DNA of 64,000 bases from Halocafeteria seosinensis. Taxonomy: Eukaryota. Each line of letters opens with the position of its first letter. Within the stretch, counting starts at the first letter, position 1. This document shows positions 24,271-36,439 of this stretch, in pieces. The stretch spans positions 1-64,000 of the forward strand of contig LVLI01000327.1 in NCBI GenBank assembly GCA_001687465.1. Reading direction: 5' to 3'. The translations under genes were made by a program, and so were the position numbers. The notes below the pieces were generated by a model. That model searched no databases. It worked only from the letters and a program-made list of their open reading frames with translations, and was not told the DNA's origin.

Positions 24271-27200
24271 TCACGATCGACTCATGCATGTTCCTGCGTT
24301 CGAGTCCCGTTGTCGTTTCTTTGATTCGTTTAGGTATTTGCCACCACCTCGCTCAAATGCTCCTGCAATTTCTTGCGCTCTTTGCAAGTATGCTGCATGC
24401 ATCCCCTCGTCCAGCAACGCGTCGATTCCCGCTCGCCTGATGAGGTCATGGTATTCTTCCGTCGAGGCTAGCAGTGGCCACGTACCATCAACCAAGCGAA
24501 GCGCGACGGCTTGCATCAAGGAATGAATTGATCGAGCTGGAAAAATTCGGAATTTGATCATAACTGAGGTGCGAAACCCTTGAGGTAGCACTCCCAAACT
24601 GTCATACATGTTCACCTTTTCATTAGAGTGTCTCCATTTTCCGAAGTCAGCATCGCTTGGGTCTATCGTGGGAGCGTCTTCAGGGAGTTTGGGCTGGTCA
24701 CCTTTCCAGTAAGGTTCCAGAGATCTGTGAAGAATTTCTGGCCACACATGTTGATCTCCAAATACGTTTCTTGCTCTTGATACGCGACCTTGCCATTCGT
24801 TGATGCCGGACCGCTCCTCGAAGTCCTTGATTGCTTCCTTCCACAGCTCGTATCTCCTTTTTACCACAGCCGTTTCCTTCCTACCGGATTCAGAGTCGAG
24901 GGACTCATCGTTCAAAGCAATCCATCCACCGAACGTTCCCTGCCACCGAGTGTAAAATGGATGTTTGAGAATGTGCGAGTACTGCTCCTTTAGCTGCTCC
25001 ACATTTGCCGTGATCTCCTGGGCATTGGCTTCAGTAGAATTTGCACCACCATTATTGTACCGTTCCGCTTTTATCTGAAGTTCAAGGACACGTGCTTCGC
25101 TTTGAGGCAATACGGTGATCTTCCGCGCAAATTGAAACATACTTTGGCAACGAACTCTGCTCGTTCCCTTGCGTGGGTAACATAGTCCGGGTACTCAAAC
25201 ATCGTATCCGAATTGGCTACAAGGCGCGGTTTCAGCTCCTCTTCGAAGAATTTGTTTTCCTTGTCAAGTGAAGGAGGATGCATTATCGCCAGGACTGCGC
25301 TTAGCATGGAAAGAATTTCTCTATATAGATGGAATACGAATTTATCCACAATTCCCTCTTACATGATGCATTGCTAAAGTCCTCGCCCTCTTCAAGTAGG
25401 TAGTCTCTCATTTCCTTCGCTATCACTGGGATTGATGATTCTCTTTGACTTTTAGGCAGTTCAGAGCACATAAAGTATCTGTGGACATATTGGCCAACGT
25501 AAAGATGCACCAGGAGAGATGAACGAGAAGTAATGCGTAGGCATACTTAGCATCGAAGTCGACATCACGCAGCAGCAATGTCCCTGGAGGAGCTAGTGGT
25601 AGCATCGGTACACGAGGAAGAGAGAGTGCCCAATCAACGTATTCTTCGGAAACTATTCCTCGTCCTACTGCGACAGCAAGCCCAACCATGTGGCGGATTT
25701 GATTGAAAATGAACGCGCTACCAATGAGTGAGGTCTTGATCAGAGGCAGCGAGCAGAACGTATCCGAATTAGGATCTTGCGGTGAAAACACCGAATCATA
25801 AAGCTCTTGGTCGCGCATTTGAGAAACAGACTGAGGAGATACACTAAATGTAAATGGTTCCGAGACATCTATTGCGTATATCTGCCTGACTCCATTAGAC
25901 GTCTTCTTCCACAGTGAAACAGATGAGAAGTCTTCATCAGTCCGTGGAGTAAAATCATCGTGTCTGGTGTCACCAAGTTCACAAGGAATTTCGCATATAC
26001 GCTAACCCAGTAAGGTCACCATTGGAACTTACTCATTGGCGAAGAGAGTCCAATTATTCGCGCTATCCCCCATTCGTTGGGAAGGAGGGTCACCCTTGAA
26101 AACGACCATCGATTTCCGATCTTTCGGCTTCGTGAAGTTGTGAAAAGAATGAATACCAATCATTTTTTGCATACATGTGTTATAGCGGCGAAGCCTGCAA
26201 GCCAAACCTTTGTAAACCTCAGCAGCTACTCTGCAAGGACCTAAAGACTTACCCCTCTGTCTCCTCCTCAGTTAACTGTCCGTTCCATTCTTGTCCCCTT
26301 CCCAACGACTGGAGACGATTTGATAAGTCCCGCTGAAATATGCTCACAGGTAAGTAGTAGTCGTACACTTTCGAGGAAGCTGCCTTCTTAGCCTGGAAGG
26401 ACGAAGAATTTGGGTAGCGACGTCGTTGCAGCTCACCATGTAAACAGAAACTTACTTGAAATTTGTTTGAAACTCTAACACAAGAGGTAACACGAATATC
26501 TTCCGGGAGGAATTCATTGATCTCGTCAGCTATGTGATGGGCTTGTCTCCCCCACGAAATCTCAGATTCCAATATGGCTAACTGTGTTTACAAAATCGGC
26601 ATGCCGCGGTACATACATGTAAGCAGCTAGGAACGTAACACAGCAAAACTCACATCTAGCGATAGCATGTATCTAAGAGCGTGAACCTGTGCGACAGTCA
26701 GTCCAAAATGTAACAATCTATTCCGAACGTGTGTTTTTAAGCCTTACCCCTTTGTCAGTGCGACTACATCGACTAATCCCTGTTTGCTTCAGTGGAAAGC
26801 TGGGTTCCTTTCGAAGCTCGTCCTGGACTTTTACCCGATCGCATTTTTTAAGAGCTTCCCATAATTGCTTATCCACAGCTGCACTATTAGCAGTCATTGA
26901 TGAGGACCATTGCACTTTGCACATTGTGGTACAATTCCAAAGCACATATGGTACGTACTGTTCACAGAAGAATGGGGCACACTGAACGATCCGTGGTATT
27001 TGGTCCCATCGTACGCCACCACGAGCATCATTCTCTTTCGCTTTCGACGCTCTTGTTCGGTACCACCTGATGCACCATTGTCAGCAGCAGCAGCAGCAGT
27101 GTCCTGCGTTGTCCGGGTGGTGGATTCCTCCTCAGAGTGTGGAGCAGCGGCTGCGCTAGAGAATTCCTGCGGCGATTCCATTGTAAGCGTCAACGGCCTA

Positions 27201-27361
27201 TAAGGACGCAAGTGGATATGAGCTGGCTTGTTTGAATGGTATCCTTCCCTGCAACTACTATTCGTAGAGCCGTGGCTGTAGCTGTGACGCAGACGACGGC
27301 TCAGCAGATAATAGCACGTGCTGGTAGTTTGTTTGCAGGAGGGTCTATAAAGTAGATACAT
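24271..27361 (-). CDS. tRNA pseudouridine synthase, TruA/Pus1 family
   Basis: LVVAYDGTKYHG, catalytic SRTDKGVHA (split by an intron), INEFLPEDIRV, YDYYLP, GIHSFHNFT, GSAFIFNQIRHMVG and PLAPPGTLLL. Multiple short introns. A second in-frame ATG lies at 27181. Confidence 0.92.
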
Positions 27362-27670
27362 GGCACCTTAAACAAGTGGTACTGCGCATGTATATACACT
27401 CCATTTTGTATATGCATTCAGCTATACGACTACACACATCTAGGCTTGACAAGATCCATGGTGTCCCTAACTGTATCTGATTGATGATTCATTGTATGTG
27501 AACCTGACAGAGGGGTGCATAACTGGTAGCTCCGCGCACCTCAGGCAGCGATAGGATCACAGGAATCGTTCAGATTATGCAGCCGTACGCTGTAGCGGGA
27601 CTTGCACCAGGCGTAGGCGGACTTCCGGTGCGCGAGCAGGAAGCACTCTACACTGCGTCTTACCCTGTGC

Positions 27671-30568
27671 CTACGATGTAGGATTCTCCCCTCGTGCGTG
27701 TTCAAGAAGAAAATGAACGGTGAACGCACGAACTACTTCATGATATGCTCGCCAAAATGAAGGTAACTTAGAGATTTCGGTGTCATTGAGCTCGGCGCTC
27801 CTAACGATGTCGCTAGACAACAACCACTTTACAGCATTTCGTTCATCCATCATTCGCAATTTGTCCCACGAGAACGGAGAATGCTTTGCAACCTTTGACG
27901 CATCTATTTGTTCAAAAGAAACCCCTCCATCTTCACCAGACAACTCCATTACTTCCGTCAGCAGAGAATCACTTGCGGTTCCCTCGGGAGCCGGACACAC
28001 GGATAACGTGGATGCAAGTCCACGGGCATACTCATTGATTTTCGACGTTGGTATGGCTCTGCAATACCCGTGAGTGAGTGAAAACAGCATTGCAAATAAA
28101 GGAGACTCCCTTCGTTGTGCATCCAAAAATCTCTCACTAATTTGGAAACTAGGTCGAGATAGAGTATCATGAAACCGCGATATCCAAGTCGCTTCGCCAG
28201 CATCTTCCTTACGTTCGCTGACTCTGTGAGACTCTCCCTCTGAGCCTGGGCGGCGCCGAGCTTCTCTTTCAGCCTTCATTCTAAGAATTTTGAGCTTTCT
28301 TTCTTCAGCGGTGCTTGTCGCGGTAGTACTCTTGTCTTTTGCATCAGACCGCTCTGAAGAAGATTCGTTGTCCTCCTCGTCGCTCTGTCTGTCAGCGTCA
28401 CGGGTCCTTTCTTGTTGCCGCTCCATTGATTCACTATCACTATCAACTGAGAAGGGACTGTCGCTAGAAAAAGGACTGTGGTCATCGTTCTCACTACCAA
28501 CAGATCTTGGGCGTGTACTACCGCGGTTCTGTTTAGTCTCCGACTTCGATGCTACCGGGATCTTATTGAAGCGCTTCCGCCTTTCTTTTTCTTTCTTCGC
28601 ACGAACGTGTGCAAATGCTTGTTTCTGCGCAGGATCTAACTTTTCCTCGAGTTTCTTCATCCTGTTTTCAAATTCAGGACTCGTAGGTATGTCTGGTGCC
28701 TTGTTATCCCCTTCATCTTCGTTAGATTGTGAAAACATGCAAGCAGACGTATGGATCTCACGAGCAGAGATACCACCAATCCCTGGACGGGCATTTCCAG
28801 TCAAATAATTCGTCTTGGGATTTGGATCAACAACGTCCTGGGGAAACGATTTTTCTTCTTGGAGCATACTAGAGAGTGTATATTCCGCTGCCTCGTAGTC
28901 GCTACTGAACGAATATCCGTCAGGTAATCCCTGTTGGAGCATAACCACCTTCGCTTTTAGATAAAATGCCAATAGCTGGTCTAGATCAGCTTCGAATTCG
29001 ATTCCATGAGAGTAAGCTTGGGCGCTGTCTCGGGCTAGTAGACGTAGCTGACGGAACAGGTGAATGGCTCGATTAGCGTACTTGTGGTAGCTTGGCCCTG
29101 TCGAAGCAGTTCCCATACGGTGCAATAACGCATCTTCGTCGTAGGATCTCCAATCACCCTCTGTGTTAACTTGTCCAACATGGTACGTGTCTTGTGCCAG
29201 TGATACCAAAAGTGAGAGGTATCCTCGTCTTTTTATAGATGCTATGTCATGACCGTCCGCTCCCTTCGAGCTTGCCATACTAGGAATATGCATGCCACCT
29301 CGAGCGCTCCTTTGTTGAGACATCTGTGCGACAGCAGCTTCGGCTGTAGGCACACCGGCGCCTTCTTGTGGTGACCCTTCTGCGAGGGCTATCGCAGTCA
29401 TAGAACCTTCAGTTTCTTTGGACTTGTAGCAGGAGTCGAACAGAAATCCGTGATGGGATGGAGTCGCCAATATCTTGTTCCAGTCCAAATTTACGCATTG
29501 TCGAGCAATTTCAAAATGTCTGGTAAGGTTGTCGTAAACAATAACGGCATGTCTGCCTTGTGACCTAAGGTATTCACCCAAAGCGGCAGCAGAAAATGGG
29601 CACAAATATTGCTCTCCTAAGGACGAAGAATCTGGCGCTACTACAGCTGTGAACTGGTTCCTTTCGTGGTGCTTCGAGAACTGTTCCAGCACGGAAATAG
29701 TCTTCGATTCAGATCTTCCAACCGCTGCATATATCAAATGAGCCGACTGATTGTCAGTAATTCCCTGGCACAACTCATTAATGTACTCCCCAATATCCAG
29801 ATTTCTGTAAAAGCAATTCAAATGACATACTGACTTGGATTTAAAGCACAAGGCATATAACATACTCGTCAACTGTGACTAGAGTAGCCGACCCCCGAAC
29901 AAGGGGATGGAACACATCAGCCACGTGATTTTGAGTGAAGAATACTCCTGAATTTCTTGCGAGTTCGCGGTCATGAAATTTCTGACATGAAGATGATAAT
30001 AGTGGCCAATGTACAGCACTGTCAGATCCCACGCCAGTCCCTCCGTGTACATCTAAGGTGTCCCCAGAGGGAGACAGTATCCTGCCCAGCTTACTGTTAC
30101 TGATTGAAATATGAGGAAGATCATGTGCAACCCAGCAGAGCTCCGACGCATGAGGCCTGTTTCCACTGCAATGGATAGCATGGCTCTCTCCGTTGTCTAG
30201 CACTTCGGTAATAAAAGCTGCAAGGAAAACTTGAGCTCCGTCGTATACCGCCCCATTCAGACAGAACAATCTTCAGAGTACATACCTTCAGCGCCACTCT
30301 CGAATCTCACTACGTTTCCCACTCTTCCAGTGTTCATGTTTTTTATCGTAATTCTATCGCCGACCACTGAAAGTGCCACTCCTCGTTCAGCGACGGAGCT
30401 AGTGGTCGACAAAGATTGTCTTCCTTTCGGTCGAGAATGAAAAACAAGTTGGCCACTGAGAGATCGGGTAAGCCCACGTGCTTCATATCTTCCTACATAG
30501 CTACCACCAACCCTCTGACATGTGGTCAATATCCTCCTCAACCGCATGGAGGTCCTCAGCATCATCAC
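27671..30568 (-). CDS. Divergent F1-ATPase alpha-subunit-like protein, mitochondrion-targeted, P-loop degenerate
   Basis: Arg-rich presequence. Colinear matches to F1-alpha: VALSVVGDRITI..VRFESG, KLGRILSPSGDTLD, VADVFHPLVRG, LIYAAVG, QYLCPFSAAALGEYLRSQGRHAVIVYDNL, GSMTAIAL and FSLTHGYCRAIPTSKI. Two introns. Confidence 0.8.
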
Positions 30569-30737
30569 TTCCTCAGGTTACAACCCTCTGACCAATGAAT
30601 CTACAAACACAGGACACACCCTCCCTGACAATTCCACATGCCTTGTCTGACTCAGTCTGTCATCTCTCTGACCATTGTAATAATGGTGCATCGATGAAGG
30701 GAACTCACTCCAATGATTGGAGTCCAATCGCACGAAG

Positions 30738-30797
30738 CCGGGCCGACGGCCCGGATACCCCAGTTCCTGGGAATCCAGCGGCCCTGGCCCGGGCCGC
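30738..30797. promoter_or_regulatory. Three adjacent GC-rich inverted repeats in a divergent promoter
   Basis: CCGGGCCG-a-CGGCCCGG (30738-30754), GGAT..CCCAG/CTGGG.ATCC (30753-30776) and GCGGCCC/GGGCCGC (30778-30797) lie between divergently transcribed genes. A regulatory role is inferred from position only. Confidence 0.5.
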
Positions 30798-30958
30798 CCA
30801 GTGGGAAATTCGATTCTTCACGTGTGACATATATGCAGCAGCTACTGAATAGTACTTTCGTGTTGACGAGGATTGGGTATATTTAATTTCCTACCTGGTC
30901 GTGGATAGAGTAATTAATTAAACTCCTGTGTTTTTCCTCTCCCCGGCAACCAAGTGAC

Positions 30959-32734
30959 ATGAACACCATCAGCAGTGCATTGGGTTTGGTGGTCTCCGCC
31001 GCCTTATTGGCATCTCAGACAGCTCTGGGTGGGTATGCTCCTCACAAAATCTCGAATTTGCCAGGTTGGAACCCTTCGAACCCCACATTCGAGTAAGTAT
31101 GGCTTTGGTTTACAGAGTGCGGAGAAAGCAGCACTTGTCTTGCGCTATATATGCACGTTTGATCTTCAATTGCTAATTCGATTATTGTGTCATTGCTACA
31201 GTCAATATGCCGGATACGTGACTGTGAACGAATCCCACGGAAGAGCTCTGTTTTACTGGTACGTCTGGGCCCACGCGGAGCTCCACTTCCCACCCTCTGG
31301 AAACTCGCGTTTCGTTTTCGCTTGTATTTGGCAGGTTGACGGAAAGTGAAAAAAATCCATCAGAAGACCCTCTTGTCATTTGGCTCAACGGTGGCCCCGG
31401 TTGTTCAAGCGTTGGTGGTGGTTTAATGAGTGAACTTGGGCCATTCTACCCGCACGAGAACGGAACACTAGTCCCCAACCCTTGGGCTTGGAATCAAATA
31501 GCTAATCTGCTGTTTATCGAGTCTCCCGCAGGAGTGGGGTTTTCTTACTCCAATACTTCTTCCGACTACAAAGTGGGCGACAAGCGAACTTCTGAGGATT
31601 TGTATACATTCTTAGTTCGGTTCTTACAAATGTATCCCGAGTTTCAGAAAAACCCTGTCTACATCTCAGGTGTAAGTTGTTCGCCCTGTAAGTATGACTA
31701 CCGTAAGTTGCGTAGCATATGCATCTTTATGCTTGCAGGAAAGTTATGGTGGTCACTATGTTCCGAACTTTGCCCACACTATTGTTACCAACCAGAAGAA
31801 CAATCCTTCTATCAACATTAACTTCAAAGGCTTCATGGTGGGGAACGCGTGGACTGTAGCAGAGATCGATAACACGGGAGCGGCCTTTTATTGGTGGAGC
31901 CACGGTATTAATTACGACGACGCTTTCTTTGGAATACTTCAGAACTGCAACATGTCCAATGTTGGGCCTCTGAAGAAGTCTAAGACACTGCGCAGTGCGT
32001 ATAAACTTCTGGAAGAGGCACAAAAGGAAGGACAGAGTTTTGATGAAGGTGACTGCCAACATTACCAAGACTTGGCAATGCAACAGATGGGTAACATCAA
32101 TATCTATGACATTTATGTTGATGTGTGCAACTCGCAAGATGAAGCTGTTGCTAACCATGCGAACCAGTTGTTGAAGTATTTGGGACGGAAGGACGGTCAG
32201 AACACAGAGCTCCCAGCACCTGGTAGTGGGCTACGTCGCTCAGGTGCTCGGCGCCTCGCAGGGTCTGACGGTGCGGACGGCGGTAGTAAGAACTACGATC
32301 CATGTATTTCCAACAAAGTTTCCAAATATCTAAATCGGCAGGATGTCCAAGATGCAATCCATGCTCGCAACCTTGGACGTCCTTGGCGCGACTGCTCAAA
32401 CATCGTAGACTACTCCCGTGAGAGCCTGCTTTCCTCGATGCTTCCCGTTTATCGTGATCTACTGAAGGCTAACATTCAAATGATGGTATATTCTGGCGAT
32501 GTGGATGCTATCGTGCCAATTACCGGGACTAGAGCTTGGTTGGAAGTCTTGGATCTCCCTGTCAAGTCCGGATGGAGAAGCTACACTGTTGATGGGCAAG
32601 TCGGAGGATATACCCTTGAGTACGAGGGCCTGACCTTCACGTCTGTACGCAACGCGGGCCATATGGTCCCTTACATGCAGCAAAGTAGGGCATTGCACAT
32701 CTTCACTCAATTCTTGAAGAATGAACCGATGTGA
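30959..32734 (+). CDS. Serine carboxypeptidase (peptidase S10), secreted/lysosomal
   Basis: Signal peptide, QYAGYVTV, WLNGGPGCSS, FIESPAGVGFSY, GESYGGHYVP (spliced), YSGDVDAIVP and VRNAGHMVP. Confidence 0.96.
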
Positions 32735-32897
32735 GCTTGGAGTAGTAGAGTTTGACACGGCATCGGTTTCCTGATTGTGAATAGTTATGTACCTAGTTAT
32801 CTGACTCTTTATATAACGTCGGCAATGTGGGCACCTGGCAAGCAATCTACACAACACATATGTGAATGCTGCATTTTTAGTTGTAGGCATTTCACAG

Positions 32898-34736
32898 CTA
32901 ATCATCATCAGCCGTACTCAATTCTTGAGCAACCTCATTTTCTAAGTTATCAAGATCACTACCGTATTGTGCATCTTCTTGGTTTATGACTTCGTAATCG
33001 TCTTCTTCATCCCCCAACTCGGCAGCAATTTGTTGCTCGATGTCGTCATCCGCATTATCTGCGTTGTCATCGTTGACGTCCCAATCCATGTTATCTTGAC
33101 CATGCAGTGCTTCAAGGGCATCGTTAAATTCCGAGTCATCGGCACGTGGCTCCGCTTCTTGTGTTTCTCCACCCTCGTCTGGGTCTTGCCTTCCTTGAGG
33201 TGTTGCTTTCCGTTCGGGGGAATCTACTGGAGATGCCGTGCTAGGCTCACTCGGTCGAGTAGCTAACTGTCTCCAGCCGGGATGATCAAGGTCGTCGTTC
33301 TCCTCCATAAACTTTTGCTGTGTTTTCTTTACACGGTAAATATATCGTTGCCAAAAGGCCTCGTCTTTCATAGAGCGTGGTACGAGCTCATATCGTTTTT
33401 CTGACAAGTTGCTGTCTTCGTTGAGTAGTCCTTCCGCCATTTGCTCAATTTCATGCTTCTCGGGTTCACACCCTTCCGGCACAACCTCTGAAAACGTATT
33501 TGCCTCCTGCGAATTTCATAGAGAGACCTTCTTTCTGATGGAAGAAACTGGAAACAAAATCAATCCTTACTTTCGATAAGTGCAACATCGCATGTTTCAA
33601 CTCCCTCCAATAAGGTGGCAATGAGCCATCGTGACGAAACCACGGAAAATATTGCTTTGGTTGTCTCTTTTCTGCGAGGCTCGCATACACTAAACACACT
33701 TTAACAGTACAACTAGAAAACGCATCCGATCAATCCGCTGGGGGAGGATACTTACCTTCTTGCTGTATCTCCTTGAACTTGTCTTTAACAAACGTTTGGT
33801 GTGCTTGCCGAGCTTGCTGAGTCAATTGACTCCACATGTCCTGCGCTGACTGCCTAATTTTTTCGCCTGCTTCATTGATCGCATCAGGTTCGTTCCTATT
33901 GATGTCCTCATTTGTCAGCGCCACCTGCACCTTCCACCCAGGATGCTCGGCATCGTCGTTCGCCTTGATCATTGTATTCTTGACCTGATAAACTCGGTAG
34001 CTATATCTTCTCCAAAATTCCACGTCTTTCAGCTTTCGCGGAACCAATTTAAAACGCTTCTCTCCTAATGCCGGATCTTCTTGCAGCAACGCACTCGCAA
34101 TACCCAAAAACTCTTCGATGTCGAACTCATAGTCTTCGTCCTCTGGTAATGGTTGCAGGAACGTGTCGTCATCCTGTTCATGGAAGACTCAGCGTGACAA
34201 ACTTATACGCAGGAAGTTCATATCACAAACAGTCTACTTACTTTAGAAAGTTTCAATGTTTGATCGCGCATCTCTTGCCAATAGGGCGGCAAAGAGCCGT
34301 CTCCTCGAATCCACGGTAACTTTCTACGTATAGGGGGAGGATCTGTTTCACGATCCAATAGAACACAGGTATTTCTTCCAGCGACATTCGTGAATCGTAC
34401 ACAGCATACCTTCTTCATTCATGATCCTTTCTTTCTCTTGTAAGAATTCCTGGTGAGCCTGCATCGCTCGTTCCGAAATCTGCAGAACGAACGCCCACTG
34501 GTTCTTTACTGACAGGACCGGATATGTACAACACAGAATGGGCCACCTACCCGATTGGCCGCTTGCACAGTCTGATCCTGGACTTGCTTTGCGACAGTTT
34601 GGAACCAGGAGCTCCAACCTCCGCCGAATGCTCCTCCACCATCTCCGGAAGCATCATTGTCCTGAGAAGTCCCGCTGGAAGTCTCTGGATGACCACTTCC
34701 AGGAGCTGCCGCTGCTTCCATCAGCTCTGGGTCCAT
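32898..34736 (-). CDS. Protein with two tandem BSD domains (synapse-associated protein-1/Dos2-like)
   Basis: Two copies of PW..DGSLPPYW..L.LSK...LL.ED..L.EKR..LVPR..KD..FW.RY.YRV...HPGW. Acidic C-terminal tail. ATG MDPELME at 34736. Confidence 0.85.
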
Positions 34737-35023
34737 CGTATTAGTGACCCTCCACGAGACAGATTCGAACACGGAAAAAGAAAGCTGAGCCGCTTAATAC
34801 AGCGCATCAATCCATGGCACTATGTGCACCGTGCACGGTGCATTCCTGACCTGCCTTCAACTTGGGACTTCAATCTCGGCACGAAAACTTCAACTTGTGT
34901 GCCTCCAGAAGCCATCACAGAGCAGTGTGGCTTGTCCAAACACTTGTTGATTGTCTATGTTATCTATTACAGCTGTCTCTACTCTATAAATTAAACGCGA
35001 GGCAGTGCAGAGCACAAGGTATT

Positions 35024-36430
35024 ATGAGTGGGTTCTATATCCAACCGGACTGGAAGTGTCACGAGGGAGAATCCTTCTGGGTGATATACGAGCACGACAA
35101 TGCAGAAGGGGAGAAGGGTGTCATTGAGATTCATGCGTCGGAAAATGACAATGGACAGACGAACCACACTGCCACTGTCGTGGAAAACTCGGACCAATTT
35201 TCGGTGCGAATCATCCAGCAACCTTCCCGTTTGCAGAGTGGTGGCATCGAAGTGGAGTATACGCGGGCCAAACGAATGATGAGGTTTATGCCGCCTTGTC
35301 GTGAAATAGTAAGCAATAAAGAGGTACGCTGCTGTGATGTGTCGGAAGACGGACAAATGGTGGCGACGGGCCATTCTGGAGGCTATGCTACTGTCTTCGC
35401 GTACTCAGATGTTGTGAGGGCACAACCAGTCAACAAAGAGCTGTTTGATAACGAGGGTTTCAATGCTGGTATTCAAACAGAAATTGACAGGGTAGGTACT
35501 CATTGGAACTTCGGTATTAAGCACACTCTCCTACTTGGGCACTTCGCCGACATAAACGCCATTCGACTGCTCGTTGGAGGGAAGGCGGTAGCGACAGCGT
35601 CTACTGATATGAGCATCCGGATTTGGGACACGCAGACGGGACATTGTGGGGCAATCTTGAAGGGGCACACAGGTGGAATACTGTGTTTGGACTCTTTGGA
35701 AGAAGGCAAGAAGATATTGTGTACGTCGAATGTAGTTAATTTGATCGAGCACCGATTTTATCAAACAAGAGACATTGCACTTGCCGCAGCCGGAGGCAGA
35801 GATGGAACTGTCAGGTTGTGGACAGTACACAACGCTGAAACAATCTCCATTCTGCAGTGCCACTCGTCGGTGAATTCAATCCGCTTGTTCTCACCTGACG
35901 CGGGAGGAAGAACGCAACCGATGGTGTGCGCAGGCTGTGAAGACGGTTGCATCGTGCTTTGGAATTGCTCCAAAAGCACTGAGTGTAGTCGCCGGATTGA
36001 TCTATCCAATGTCCTTGGCTATCAAGTTCGGAGTGTTAATTCTATCGACGTTACTGCAGGATCTCTCCTCGCTGGTACTCATGATGGAATGCTCATAGTA
36101 TTTTCCCTATCTTCTGGACAGGGGCTTGCCGCTGACTTACTCTGTTCGACTAGGTTTCCTTCACCTGTATACACAGTCACAGTTGTTAATTATTCTAGTT
36201 ACTTGAACGCTGCTATCATATGCGTCACATTAGAAGACGGATCAAGTTGTTTGGTCGGACATAGCGTCTCTAATAAGAACTTGGAATTACTGTTGCAACT
36301 TTCTGGGAGCAATGTTGACCCTGTTTTCTGTGCTACGGGCACGTCTCGCGGCGACTCTTATCATGTGTACACCGGCTCAAAGGATGCTAGAATTCGTCAT
36401 TATTCCGTTTCAATGGAGGTGATTGAATGA
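35024..36430 (+). CDS. WD40 protein resembling proteasomal ATPase-associated factor 1 (PAAF1/Rpn14)
   Basis: N-terminus MSGFYIQPDW..EGESFW resembles the PAAF1 IQSDW motif. WD repeats GHFADINAI..ATASTDMSIRIWD and GHTGGI..SGGRDGTVRLW. 69-nt intron at 35721-35789. Confidence 0.75.
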   Translation: MSGFYIQPDWKCHEGESFWVIYEHDNAEGEKGVIEIHASENDNGQTNHTATVVENSDQFSVRIIQQPSRLQSGGIEVEYTRAKRMMRFMPPCREIVSNKEVRCCDVSEDGQMVATGHSGGYATVFAYSDVVRAQPVNKELFDNEGFNAGIQTEIDRVGTHWNFGIKHTLLLGHFADINAIRLLVGGKAVATASTDMSIRIWDTQTGHCGAILKGHTGGILCLDSLEEGKKILCTSNVVNLIEHRFYQTRDIALAAAGGRDGTVRLWTVHNAETISILQCHSSVNSIRLFSPDAGGRTQPMVCAGCEDGCIVLWNCSKSTECSRRIDLSNVLGYQVRSVNSIDVTAGSLLAGTHDGMLIVFSLSSGQGLAADLLCSTRFPSPVYTVTVVNYSSYLNAAIICVTLEDGSSCLVGHSVSNKNLELLLQLSGSNVDPVFCATGTSRGDSYHVYTGSKDARIRHYSVSMEVIE

Positions 36431-36439
36431 ATCGTGTTG

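Noticed and set aside
27461..27610. Resemblances to telomerase template (CCCTAAC), U1 Sm region and TPP riboswitch fragments
   Set aside because: Each match is short, incomplete or in the wrong order. No ACTTACCT 5' end and no canonical Sm site.
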